DNA from: a bacterium | GTDB lineage: Bacteria > Patescibacteriota > Minisyncoccia > CAIUEV01 | Direction of reading: 5' to 3' | Length of the DNA: 58,562 nucleotides | Assembly: GCA_021779915.1 (NCBI GenBank) | Contig: JAJXZR010000008.1 | Coordinates: forward strand, 1 to 58,562 | Shown: piece after piece, positions 24,998 to 34,346 of the stretch | How the letters are laid out: each line of letters begins with the position of its first letter | How positions within the stretch are numbered: the stretch's first letter is position 1 | The notes under the pieces: model-generated | The model's database searches: none | What the model saw: the letters and a program-made list of their open reading frames with translations, nothing else | Told to the model about the DNA's origin: nothing | Position numbers and translations under genes: made by a program

Positions 24998-26212
24998 TTA
25001 TTTCTCTTCGCACTTGCAACAAACTCCCGGTTTGTTCTCCAGTTGCATTACCCAACCGGCCGGTTTCATATCTGATCCTTCACTTTTAATTTTGCTTTTG
25101 GGATCAGATTGACCATTGCCGTTGGAAAAAGTGACTTTTCCGGTTCCTTTGAAATATTGTTCCAGATTACCGTCCCTTTTGGTATATTCTACTTGAGTCT
25201 TGCCAAAATCTTTGATAATTATGGTGCATTTGTTGCCTTCGGGTTTCGGGCATCCTTCCATATTGCACTTGCAGTCTCGATTAAGAGGCGCTTTGTCGGG
25301 AGGAGTCGGCTTGTCCCATTTTTGACATTCACCTCCACAATTTCCTTCGCACACTGGATTACATTTACCAACACACCCTTTATCATTGAAAACCCAACCT
25401 TCCTGTTGACACATAGAGGCAGGAATTTTGCAAGTATTGCAACAGCAGTGACATTTTGCCAGTTCTTCACAAGTGGGAAGTTGCCAAACATTCTGTTCCC
25501 CTTCCGGTCCACCTCCCTTTGTTGGAGCCGCCATATCTTTTCCCTCAATTCCGCCCTTTCTCCAGTGAAGAATGTAAGTGTTTTGACCGCATTCTTTCTT
25601 GAATTGATTGGGTTCTAATTTGTAAGGGTTTTTAGTTGTTCCGTTGGGCTGATCGGAAGTTTGACCACTGCTTGGCTGGCTTGCCGGGGCGCTGGCTTGT
25701 GGTGCCGGCTGAGTGGCTTGAGGATTGGTATTAGTGTTGGTATTAGTGCTGGAAGTTGGATTAGTCGTCGTGGTTTTGTAAACAGTGGCCACATTGTTTC
25801 CAAAAAGTGTTGTTTTTAAATTGTCCCACCAACTACTTAATGTACCTTCTGAACTTCCTTGATCATAACTAGAAGAAGAGCTTGTATTCTGACTTCCTGT
25901 CCCACTTGTCACTCCACTTTGATATTCACTGCCAGTTGTTCCACTTGTATTTGCAGAACTACTTGTATTTGGGCTATTTGAATTCTTCGATCCCCAAAGT
26001 TTAGTCCAATAAACTTGAATTTGAGTTGCTACTCTATCGAGCAAATTTTGAAACCAATTGTTGGAACTGGCTGAAACAGTGGTTGTAGTGGCGCCTTGAG
26101 CCACCTCAAAAGACAACACTCTATTGCTTTGAGGTTTATAAGAGAGATTAAAAGAAAAAATACCAACAAGAAAAAATACCAATAGAACTAAAAATCGTTT
26201 TTTCACTGCCAA
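24998..26212 (-). CDS. Membrane-anchored/secreted cysteine-rich protein (C-module paralog of the 1181-aa protein)
   Basis: N-terminal TM KKRFLVLLVFFLVGIFSF, an S/T-rich linker, then a domain with about 20 Cys by my count. That domain is collinear with the C-terminal third of ORF 29245-32790 (KNPYKLEPNQFKKECGQNTYIL / LPTCEELAKCHCCC / TQVEYTKRDGNLEQYF / AGWVMQLENKPGVCCKC). TTG start. Confidence 0.6.
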   Translation of the reverse strand: MAVKKRFLVLLVFFLVGIFSFNLSYKPQSNRVLSFEVAQGATTTTVSASSNNWFQNLLDRVATQIQVYWTKLWGSKNSNSPNTSSSANTSGTTGSEYQSGVTSGTGSQNTSSSSSYDQGSSEGTLSSWWDNLKTTLFGNNVATVYKTTTTNPTSSTNTNTNTNPQATQPAPQASAPASQPSSGQTSDQPNGTTKNPYKLEPNQFKKECGQNTYILHWRKGGIEGKDMAAPTKGGGPEGEQNVWQLPTCEELAKCHCCCNTCKIPASMCQQEGWVFNDKGCVGKCNPVCEGNCGGECQKWDKPTPPDKAPLNRDCKCNMEGCPKPEGNKCTIIIKDFGKTQVEYTKRDGNLEQYFKGTGKVTFSNGNGQSDPKSKIKSEGSDMKPAGWVMQLENKPGVCCKCEEK

Positions 26213-26230
26213 AAGATTATTGAATTAAAA

Positions 26231-28864
26231 TCATTCCCCTCCAGAACCACCTGCTGATTGAGTAGCTGTGCTATCTTGATTAGGAGTTTCTTTGGCACTC
26301 TCAGGGTCAGGTTGTTGCCCGTATTTTTCCGGATCAAACCCACTAGCATCTTCAAGCATTCCTAATGCTTGATCTAGTGAAATTCCACTTGCTTGCATAG
26401 AATCCAAAAAACTTTGAGCTTCAGATCCTGACATAGAACCAATGTCTCCACCATTCCAATTCCAATTACCATTTTCACCGGTACTTACACTTGATTGTAA
26501 AGGATTCGAATCTCCACTAGTCGCAGGATTGTCTGAACCCCCAGGAGGAGTTGCCGTAGTAGGGACATCACCAGTAGTAGGAGGTGTGATACCTTCTTTA
26601 TAGGCTCCTGGGGTGTCTCCTGACACATTAATCCCTTTATCAACACCATCCCAAAAATTTTTATTCTCTGCGTCTGTTGTTGGGTCTATTTGTTTTGCTC
26701 CTGGAATTCCTGTGGTGTCACTTCTATCAGCTACTGCTCCTTGTAGACCAACTCCTCCTGCATCTTCTTGTGTTGATGACAAAGGTTTGATTGTAGCATC
26801 TGGAGAAGCATTAGATGGTGATGCGGTCGGATCATAGCCAGAAGGCGCGGTACCACTGATACTTTCTTGACCAGTATTGCTAATTGTATGTGTCGCCCCG
26901 CTACTATCAGTATAGCCTCCAGTCCCGTTGTTACCATAAGAAGAGGAGGGTGCGGTCGGATCATAGCCAGAAGGACTGCCATTCACATAAGTTTTTCCAT
27001 TTGGGTCGGTAAATACATTACCTCCCGTTTTTGGATCAAAAACATTCTGGCTCCCATCTGCCCACTTTGCAGTTATCGTTCCATCTGGATTTTTTGTTTC
27101 AGTGTAAGCCGGTGTTCCAGTTGTACTTGGTTTTTCTTGGCTCGATGGACTTCCAGGGCTTCCTTGATTACTTGGCTGTTGTTGTCCTCCTCCACCACCT
27201 CCTCCACAGCTTCCGCTACCTCCTCCACTTGATCCTCCGCCTTTGTTCATTTGATTCATCATATCCTGTAATTGCTTCATTATATCAGAATTTTGATTTT
27301 GATTTTGATTTTGATTTTGTTTATCCAGATCGATACATTGTTGGGTCATAGTTTGGGTGGGAGTACAGAGGGTGGAGGGGTTGGATTGGATAAAGCCATC
27401 AGAGCAGAGGGAATTGGGGTCGACTTGGGTGGGGTATTGGATCCAGTATTGTCCTTGGCACTGGCTGGGAGGACAAGCGACAGCTTGAAGCCGACCTTTT
27501 TTCTTAAGGTCGGTACAAGAACAACCAAAGTCGGAGCTGGTTTCGTCCATGTTAACTGATTCGCCAGAAGCAGTACTCACACATTTATCTTTGCCATTGG
27601 GGACGTTGTCGTTGTCGTTGTCTCCCGCCGCCTGATCTGCCGTAACGCATTTTCCCGTGGGATCTCCACAAGATCCATCGGGGCAAACGCATCGGTAAAC
27701 TTTAGAAATACCCGAATTAGTGTTGCTGTTGAGGTCAGTCATACTGACTGAATAAGTCATGGTGTTTTGGCTTTTACAGAAAGCCGAGCCTTGATCTGAT
27801 TGATTGTCATTAGAATTGAGATTTTTCTGGTACCAAGTTCCTCCTCCCGCTTGACAAGTGGACTTGAGTTCGATCGCATCATGGCACGATCCGTCCCCCA
27901 CACCGGCTGATCCAAAATCAATCTGACCGGCATCACAATTATCCGTTCCATTAGCGGTCACGCAAGTTCCATTGATCCACTCTCCTCCGCTGTTCACACA
28001 AGTAGTTTTATCCAGTCCAGTGGCTTCCGCCGCCTTTTGGCTCAGGACAAAGTTCATCAGGAGCAACATAAAAAGTTGCTGGGTACGCGGATCATTCATA
28101 TCGAACATCTGAGTCGGATCAGCTCCATTGGCAAGACCCAATTGAGTGGCCAGGTCAGAAGCGTTGATATTGGAATTGGATATAGTGGAACCGCTACCTG
28201 TTAGACCAAGCTGGGTGGCAAGATCTGAAGCATTGATATTTGTATTAGAGGTGATGGAATTATCATTGGTAATAATAGTTCCATCAATACTATTATTATC
28301 AGCCGCCTTCGCCTGGTTTAAAAGAAAATCCCAAAGACTTTTTCCCGCATTGCTTTGCAATTTCGGTTTGGAATTTTTTATTCCCATTTGGGAAATTACG
28401 ATGTCCTTAAGTTGGTCAAGCATATACCTTTTTCCCTGGAAAGCAGTTGCAATCTCCTTTTCCACCTGACTTTTCACGATGTTTTCTTTGTCCTTGCTGA
28501 TGGTTTTTCCGTCAGCAAAAAAGACCGAGGTAAGCGGATACCAAAAACCCTTACCAGTTTTGGTGTTTTTGAAATATTTGGGCGGAGTGATGTAAAGAAA
28601 GTCCGTGTCGCCTCCAGGAATCTTGGAAACACCTCCTGAAGGAATGGGGATTTTCACGGTTTTGCCTAAAAAACTAGCAAAATTAACCTTCTTCGCCATG
28701 TCCGCCAAATCTTGCGAAAGCACCACATTGCAACTTTGAAGATTGGAAACCACTTCTTTGATATCCTTCGTCGGATCAATCGAATCGGCTTTGGTGTTTT
28801 GAAATGGAAAAACAAGCACTAGACTCATCAAGAAACCTGGAAAAAGAAATTTTACTTTTATCAT
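26231..28864 (-). CDS. Large secreted cysteine-rich protein (N-module paralog of the 1181-aa protein) with long disordered G/S/T/P tail
   Basis: Signal peptide. FLGKTVKIPIPSGG...IPGGDTDFLYITPP, tandem SNINASDLATQLGL x2, hydrophobic helix DPRTQQLFMLLLMNFVL, a thrombospondin-type-3-like motif DNDNDNVPNGKDKC, CPPSQCQGQY, then (QN)5 and a G/S run. Confidence 0.6.
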   Translation of the reverse strand: MIKVKFLFPGFLMSLVLVFPFQNTKADSIDPTKDIKEVVSNLQSCNVVLSQDLADMAKKVNFASFLGKTVKIPIPSGGVSKIPGGDTDFLYITPPKYFKNTKTGKGFWYPLTSVFFADGKTISKDKENIVKSQVEKEIATAFQGKRYMLDQLKDIVISQMGIKNSKPKLQSNAGKSLWDFLLNQAKAADNNSIDGTIITNDNSITSNTNINASDLATQLGLTGSGSTISNSNINASDLATQLGLANGADPTQMFDMNDPRTQQLFMLLLMNFVLSQKAAEATGLDKTTCVNSGGEWINGTCVTANGTDNCDAGQIDFGSAGVGDGSCHDAIELKSTCQAGGGTWYQKNLNSNDNQSDQGSAFCKSQNTMTYSVSMTDLNSNTNSGISKVYRCVCPDGSCGDPTGKCVTADQAAGDNDNDNVPNGKDKCVSTASGESVNMDETSSDFGCSCTDLKKKGRLQAVACPPSQCQGQYWIQYPTQVDPNSLCSDGFIQSNPSTLCTPTQTMTQQCIDLDKQNQNQNQNQNSDIMKQLQDMMNQMNKGGGSSGGGSGSCGGGGGGGQQQPSNQGSPGSPSSQEKPSTTGTPAYTETKNPDGTITAKWADGSQNVFDPKTGGNVFTDPNGKTYVNGSPSGYDPTAPSSSYGNNGTGGYTDSSGATHTISNTGQESISGTAPSGYDPTASPSNASPDATIKPLSSTQEDAGGVGLQGAVADRSDTTGIPGAKQIDPTTDAENKNFWDGVDKGINVSGDTPGAYKEGITPPTTGDVPTTATPPGGSDNPATSGDSNPLQSSVSTGENGNWNWNGGDIGSMSGSEAQSFLDSMQASGISLDQALGMLEDASGFDPEKYGQQPDPESAKETPNQDSTATQSAGGSGGE

Positions 28865-28894
28865 TTTGATTTTTATTTAGTAATCTGATTTAAG

Positions 28895-29141
28895 ATCGAT
28901 CCAATTATTCTAATTACTCTAATTAGTCTAATTATTCTAAACAAAATCCCAAGAAAAGATTTAAGAATCACGATTTAAGATTTAAGAATATTTTTATTTT
29001 GATATTTTCCTTAAATCCTAAATCCTAAATCTTAAATCGATTTATTTACTTGGTGCTTTTTTAGGTTAATTAGTGTAATTAGGTTAATTAGAATAATTTG
29101 TTATCTTTCCTGGATCCCCAGCCGACACGCCGAGTATGCCA
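28895..29141. mobile_element. MITE-like element copy G (subfamily 1, inverted relative to copy F; one end truncated, the other degenerate)
   Basis: The interior aattattctaattactctaattagtctaattattctaaacaaaat...ttaaatcctaaatcctaaatcttaaatcgatttatttacttggtgcttttttaggttaatt is the reverse complement of the interior of 48493-48769. The right end is cctggatccccagccgacacgccgagtatgccac. It lies between the two paralogous Cys-rich loci. Confidence 0.65.
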
Positions 29142-29244
29142 CTTATTTTAAGTTCCTCAATATCTTAAATCTTATCGGTCATTCAATTCTATAACCAATT
29201 TTATAAACGTCAAAATCAAAGCAAAAGTCACTCGATTTCTTAAA

Positions 29245-32200
29245 TTACCACTTTATAAACCAATCCCAAGCTTTTTTCCAAAAACTATCACTTGGCTGAT
29301 TTATTGGTTTGCCCGTCACTGGATTAATCCCAGGAGGAGCTCCTGTGAGTGGTTGTCCAGTTGTTGAATCATATCCAGTTGGTGCACCTGTAACTGGTTT
29401 TCCCGTAATCGGATCAACTGGTGGACTATTAACTCCTTGTGGCGTTGAGGGATTTGTCACTGGATTAGTTGGCTGAGGTTGGGGAGTAATAGGCTTTCCG
29501 GTCGTTGGGTCAATATTCGGTGGGCTTCCTGGAATCGGCTTACCCGTATTTGGATCGATTGGCGGATTATTAGGAGGTTGCACTGGGTTAGTTGGGTTAG
29601 TTGGAGGTTTATTATCCGTCGGCAATTCCGTTCCTCCCGGATCCTTGTCACATTTACAACAAGTGCCTGCTTCGTTTTTGAGTTGTTTCACCCAGCCGGC
29701 ACCACTATTGGAGTCGTCAAAATCGTCTTGAGTGGCTCGAATTATCGATCCTTCGTCTCGATTAGTAAATTTGGCATTGCCTTTGATACCTCCACCAAAA
29801 TATTGAGTGTCTGTCCCTGCTTTTCTGGTATATTCCACGGTTGAGCCGGAGCTCGTATCGGCTGGAATAATGATTTTGCACTCTTTATATCCTTCGTTTT
29901 CTTCACATCCTTTGTTGTTGGCACCAGTGCCTTGACCGCTACAGTCATAACTACAAATTCCATTGTGGCTTGCCGATTTTTCTCCACCTTGTTTTTGGAA
30001 AGCCTCGCATTTTTTAGGAATAACGGTTTGCTTGTCACCTTTGGTACAGGCAAACGGATCGTCTCCCATGGTTAGTTTCAAGGACAGCTCTGGCTTTTCA
30101 CCTTGGCAACTAGTCATGGAATCAGGACATGATTTGCAGGATTTTCCTTCGTCTGTCACGCATTTTCCTTTGGCACATTCTTTTCCAATCGAAAAACCGC
30201 ACTCTTTTTTCTGGCAATCGCAACAAGAACAAGCACAACAATGGCAACCCGCTAATTGTTCGCAAGTCGGCAATTTGAAATATTTTTCTCCCCCCGTGAT
30301 ATCTTGCATGCTCTTGAGTTCTCCCTCCAATGAAGTCGGTTGGTTTGGCTGAGTTTGGCTTTGTCCAGTTTGAACAATCTGACTCATCTCGCCTCGAAGT
30401 TGGTTCATCGCTTGCGTATTTCCTCCCGCATTATTATATTTATTGACCAATTCCTTCATTTTTTGCTGTTGCTCAGGTGTTAATTTGTTCCAAACCGCGC
30501 TAATGGCCGCATTAGCGTCTTTGTTGGGATCCTGAGCCGGACACGTTCCGTTGTTGCAACCCTTGTTTGTTAGGGTCGGCACGTTGCCCGTTTGACTTGT
30601 AGCCGGTTTGTTTCTGAAATTTCCGGCGCCCGGCTTGGCATTCGTCAGAACATAAGTGTTTTCGTCACAAACCTTGGTAAACTGGCTAGTATGTAGGACA
30701 TAAGGATCTTTCTGGCTTCCATTTTTCTTAGAATTAACATCTCCCACACCCTTGGGATCAGTAGCTGCCTTGTTATCGTTGGCATTTGCATTGGCATTTT
30801 GATTTGTAGGTGGAGTATTGGGATTGTTAGGGTTACCTCCACTACTACTGGAGCTAGAACTGGAACCAGACCCCCCCTTGTTTTGACCACCGCCTTGATT
30901 TTGGTTCTTATTTTTATCTTTCAATAACTGTTTGAGCAAGTCCTCAAGATTATTATTATTGTTATTATTATTGTTATTATTATTGCATTGATCACTCTGC
31001 ATCCGCATCATTACTGGACAATTACTCGTTCCATAGCCTCCCATTCCACTGAGGCTCGAAGAAGTGTTGGGATTTATATAAGTACCAGCAGTTGAAGCAC
31101 TGGAATTGACTACTCCGTTCTGACACAAATTAGCCGGATTATACTGATTGGTTCTATCATAACGGACTAAATAATTCCCTTCGCACTGGTCTGGCGGGCA
31201 TTGAGGAGGTTGCAGATTGCGCTTGGCAATGATCTGAGAGCAGGAGCATCCGCGATCAATATTTCCTTCGATGTTGTTGGCGATCTCTCCTTGGGGCGTG
31301 CCTGGGCATCGATCCTTACTATTTTCCACTCCGTCTTTGTCATCATCCAGACTGGAAACTTCTTTTTTGATACAGGCACCAAAGGAAGAGAGGCAATACC
31401 CGCTGTTATTGTTTCCATTACCACTCATTCCGGAACAATCACAACTATTGGTTCCGGATTTACCGTTGGAATTATAATTGGAACCAAGGCTGTTACACTG
31501 AGCAGGAGTTGTTCCGCACTGATTCAGACAGCTCTCCGAGTTCGAGAAAAAAGCTCGCCAGCTTCCCCCCGAATCCTCACAAAGCTGTTGTTTGCTATCT
31601 TTTTCCGCTACACACACCCCCTCCTCATTAAGACAACTTCCTTTTGAGCAATGGCATCCATACGCAACATCTGAATTAGTATTGGAATTGTTGTTGGTTG
31701 AATAAATATCCGTCGAGAGATTGGCACATTTCAAGTCAGAATTACCACAGAGATCTTTGTCTCGATAACATTCGTTTTTAAATTTACCCCAAGAGCCACC
31801 ATTGTTTTCGCATAATTGTTGGATCTCATTAACGCATTCGCCATTATTCCAATTACCGCCTCCTGCAATACACACTTCTTTATCCTTGTTGAGAGACTTG
31901 GCCATTTCTTGGTTGAGAAGTAACATAAGAAGCACTAGCGTCAAAAGTTGTTTGGTTTGAGGATCAGAAGAATCCATATTCTGCACCTGGTTCAGAAGAT
32001 CGGTAATCTGCTGTTTATCATCAACTAGCAAGGTGTTGCCGTTCGTTAAAGAACTATTGGAATTGGCATTAGTTGACCCTTGAAACTGACCAAGAAGATC
32101 TTGAATCTGACTGTTAGAATTCCCAATCGAACCAGTCGAGTCAGTGGTCGGTACATAATTTTCTCCCACATTGATCTGAGTATTGTCATTCGTTGAAACA

Positions 32201-32790
32201 AAATCCCCTCCCGTATCCGCCTGGACTGGATTAAAGAAAAAACTCAGGAATGATCCTGTGCTAGGAGCCCTTGAAATTTGTTGGCTGTCGCCGATCATAT
32301 TCCTAATTATTTCCAACATCACTTTGTTGTTGTCCCCCACTCCGTTGATAATATTTTCAATATTGGCAACAAATTGATGACCCTGATCATCCACTTCTTT
32401 TCCGGATGTAAAATAAATGGCTCGAAGAGGGACAGAAGTGTTTTTGTCTAAGATGCGAGGAGGATAGATGTAAACATAATCTTGATCTCCGCCAGGAATT
32501 CCATCGGGATTATTCGATGCCAAAGGAATCTTCACCGTCTTCCCTAAAAAACTTTGTAAATTGATTCTTTGAAGAATGCTCAAGGAACTGATACTGTAGG
32601 AAATTTTGTCGTTTGGCTGACCTTTTTCAAAAAGATCCGCTTTGACTGGATGGATAAGATAAATCGAAGTAAAAACGCCCGCCACTCCAACCGAAAAGAA
32701 ATTTATTGCAAAAACAAACGTTAATAATTTTGCAACTAGGGAGGCAATTTTTTTTGTTTTTTCTTTTTTGTATTTACGAGCTTTAAACAT
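29245..32790 (-). CDS. Giant secreted cysteine-rich protein (fused N-module + C-module), Pro-rich repeat tail ending in a Trp-rich segment
   Basis: N-terminal TM/signal. FLGKTVKIPLASNN...IPGGDQDYVYIYPP, DPQTKQLLTLVLLMLLL, a TSP3-like motif DDDKDGVENSKDRCPGTP, CPPDQCEGNY, N12 and G/S linker. The C-module has KDPYVLHTSQFTKVCDENTYVL, LPTCEQLAGCHCCAC, STVEYTRKAGTDTQYF and AGWVKQLKNEAGTCCKC. The tail has repeats [DN]P.TGKP[IV] and ends DSFWKKAWDWFIKW. Confidence 0.6.
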   Translation of the reverse strand: MFKARKYKKEKTKKIASLVAKLLTFVFAINFFSVGVAGVFTSIYLIHPVKADLFEKGQPNDKISYSISSLSILQRINLQSFLGKTVKIPLASNNPDGIPGGDQDYVYIYPPRILDKNTSVPLRAIYFTSGKEVDDQGHQFVANIENIINGVGDNNKVMLEIIRNMIGDSQQISRAPSTGSFLSFFFNPVQADTGGDFVSTNDNTQINVGENYVPTTDSTGSIGNSNSQIQDLLGQFQGSTNANSNSSLTNGNTLLVDDKQQITDLLNQVQNMDSSDPQTKQLLTLVLLMLLLNQEMAKSLNKDKEVCIAGGGNWNNGECVNEIQQLCENNGGSWGKFKNECYRDKDLCGNSDLKCANLSTDIYSTNNNSNTNSDVAYGCHCSKGSCLNEEGVCVAEKDSKQQLCEDSGGSWRAFFSNSESCLNQCGTTPAQCNSLGSNYNSNGKSGTNSCDCSGMSGNGNNNSGYCLSSFGACIKKEVSSLDDDKDGVENSKDRCPGTPQGEIANNIEGNIDRGCSCSQIIAKRNLQPPQCPPDQCEGNYLVRYDRTNQYNPANLCQNGVVNSSASTAGTYINPNTSSSLSGMGGYGTSNCPVMMRMQSDQCNNNNNNNNNNNNLEDLLKQLLKDKNKNQNQGGGQNKGGSGSSSSSSSSGGNPNNPNTPPTNQNANANANDNKAATDPKGVGDVNSKKNGSQKDPYVLHTSQFTKVCDENTYVLTNAKPGAGNFRNKPATSQTGNVPTLTNKGCNNGTCPAQDPNKDANAAISAVWNKLTPEQQQKMKELVNKYNNAGGNTQAMNQLRGEMSQIVQTGQSQTQPNQPTSLEGELKSMQDITGGEKYFKLPTCEQLAGCHCCACSCCDCQKKECGFSIGKECAKGKCVTDEGKSCKSCPDSMTSCQGEKPELSLKLTMGDDPFACTKGDKQTVIPKKCEAFQKQGGEKSASHNGICSYDCSGQGTGANNKGCEENEGYKECKIIIPADTSSGSTVEYTRKAGTDTQYFGGGIKGNAKFTNRDEGSIIRATQDDFDDSNSGAGWVKQLKNEAGTCCKCDKDPGGTELPTDNKPPTNPTNPVQPPNNPPIDPNTGKPIPGSPPNIDPTTGKPITPQPQPTNPVTNPSTPQGVNSPPVDPITGKPVTGAPTGYDSTTGQPLTGAPPGINPVTGKPINQPSDSFWKKAWDWFIKW

Positions 32791-32923
32791 TAATTTAATC
32801 TTAGAGAATTTAATTAAGTTTATATTCGAATTTATTATGAGATAGATAATTTAATTTATCAAGTTTCCGCAAAACGCAAAATTACTTTAGAAAGTTAGGA
32901 AAAAAAGATAACACAAAGTTCTC

Positions 32924-33064
32924 GTGTCATCCCGGGCTTGACCCGGGATCCAGTTAAACTCATAGGATGTTAGTTTAATGCGTGTTATTAAGAAACTAAA
33001 CATAACAAAATTTTGTGAGGCTAATTCTACGCTCCTGGATCCCGGGTCAAGCCCGGGATGACAC
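32924..33064. mobile_element. MITE-like element copy C (subfamily 2)
   Basis: Perfect canonical ends gtgtcatcccgggcttgacccgggatccag / cctggatcccgggtcaagcccgggatgacac. The interior is about 90 percent identical (by eye) to the reverse complement of copy D. Confidence 0.8.
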
Positions 33065-33092
33065 CTTTTTATAAACTTGATAAACTAATTCC

Positions 33093-34004
33093 ATGCAATC
33101 AAAAACAAAAATAAACATCTTGCTTTTTATTTTCGCTTTTTCAGCCGTGTTCGCTTTGTTTCGTTTTACTAATTTCAGTGAAAGTGGATTGGGACAATAT
33201 TTCAATGAAAAAATCACTAATTTATCAAGGATAATAAATGACAAGACTCCCGAAGCAGCTCTTAGCAATTTGGAAAAAGAAAATCTTCAAGAGTCTTTGA
33301 GTGGCGCGGTGAAGCCTCCAGAATTTTTTTGTAAAAGTACTTATTTCCCCTTGCTCTCTGGTGCTAAGTGGAATTATGAAGTCACTTCGGGAGATGATAA
33401 AGATTCTATAACTTTCGGAATACCAGCTCCTGAAAATGGAATAAATTTTTTTGATTCCATCCTTCAAAGCAAAAAAGACTGGACTGTCCGCTCGCTTTTT
33501 GTTTGTAAAGACAACAAAATAGAAATGACTGATTTAAATTTTCTCATGACCGCCTCTAAAAGCGGACTCCTCGGCGAACCCTGCACCAAGGGAGCTTATG
33601 ATTTTTTCTTGCCAACCGACCAAATGCTAGATTCTACCTATTCTTTCGAAGAAAACGGGTGCTTGAATTATAAAAAAATTGGTGAAGAAAATCAGGATTC
33701 AACAATCAAAGAAAATATTTTCTCCAAATGGAAAATTGCAGGAAACGAAGAAGTGTCAGTCCCAGCCGGAAAATTCACCACCAAAAAAATCGAAATTAAT
33801 TTTACATTAAGACAAGAGTTTTCAGGCGGAGCCAAAACCACTGAATCTAAAACTACTCTTTGGGTTGCCCAAGGAGTGGGGATTGTAAAAATACTCTCAG
33901 AAACACAAGAGGCAGGAACTAACCCAGTAAAAACTACGATTACCAAAGAAGAGCTAAGCTCATTTCAGATTCCAACGGAGGGAGATAGCAAGATTAAAAA
34001 TTAA
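33093..34004 (+). CDS. Hypothetical secreted/anchored protein, bracketed by inverted MITE copies
   Basis: N-terminal hydrophobic segment INILLFIFAFSAVFALF. No recognisable motif. The ORF starts 29 nt after copy C and ends 45 nt before copy D. Confidence 0.5.
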   Translation: MQSKTKINILLFIFAFSAVFALFRFTNFSESGLGQYFNEKITNLSRIINDKTPEAALSNLEKENLQESLSGAVKPPEFFCKSTYFPLLSGAKWNYEVTSGDDKDSITFGIPAPENGINFFDSILQSKKDWTVRSLFVCKDNKIEMTDLNFLMTASKSGLLGEPCTKGAYDFFLPTDQMLDSTYSFEENGCLNYKKIGEENQDSTIKENIFSKWKIAGNEEVSVPAGKFTTKKIEINFTLRQEFSGGAKTTESKTTLWVAQGVGIVKILSETQEAGTNPVKTTITKEELSSFQIPTEGDSKIKN

Positions 34005-34049
34005 ATTCTATAAAAATTATATTTTATCACATATAATAATAACGTTACT

Positions 34050-34190
34050 GTGTCATCCCGGGCTTGACCCGGGATCCAGGAGAATAGAATTAGCCTCACA
34101 AAATTTTGTTATGTTTAGTCTCTTAACAATACGCGTCAAACTAACATCCTATGAGACTAACTGGATCCCGGGTCAAGCCCGGGATGACAC
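34050..34190. mobile_element. MITE-like element copy D (subfamily 2, inverted relative to C)
   Basis: Perfect canonical ends. The interior is caggagaatagaattagcctcacaaaattttgttatgtttag...catcctatgagactaactgg. Confidence 0.8.
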
Positions 34191-34346
34191 GGAGTGAAAA
34201 TTAAAAATTCTCTCCCAAGTAGACTTTTCTATTTTTTTGTATTTTATTTAAACGGTAGGGCAAATCTTGTGCTTCTATATTGTTTTTTGTGAATAATTTC
34301 TTATTCGATTACGTGAAAGACAATCTAAAAATTAAATTCGAGACCA

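Noticed and set aside
25109-25618. Long antisense or alternative-frame ORFs inside the Cys-rich genes. Examples are 25109-25618, 26867-27232, 27031-27351, 29479-29844, 29963-30352 and 31201-31647.
   Set aside because: They overlap the long paralog-supported minus-strand ORFs and have low-complexity or odd composition and no motifs. They are typical shadow ORFs.
27290-27319. Short tandem repeats here and at 30949-30984 were checked as possible CRISPR or non-coding satellites.
   Set aside because: The periods are 6 and 3 nt, there are no spacers, and both are in frame inside long ORFs, encoding (QN)5 and N12. They are coding low-complexity sequence, not CRISPR.
24998-32790. Considered a diversity-generating retroelement (template/variable repeat pair), since CPR genomes often have DGRs and these are repeat-rich surface proteins.
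   Set aside because: No reverse transcriptase is in the window. The similar segments are diverged paralogous coding regions with differences at all base types, not adenine-specific mismatches.
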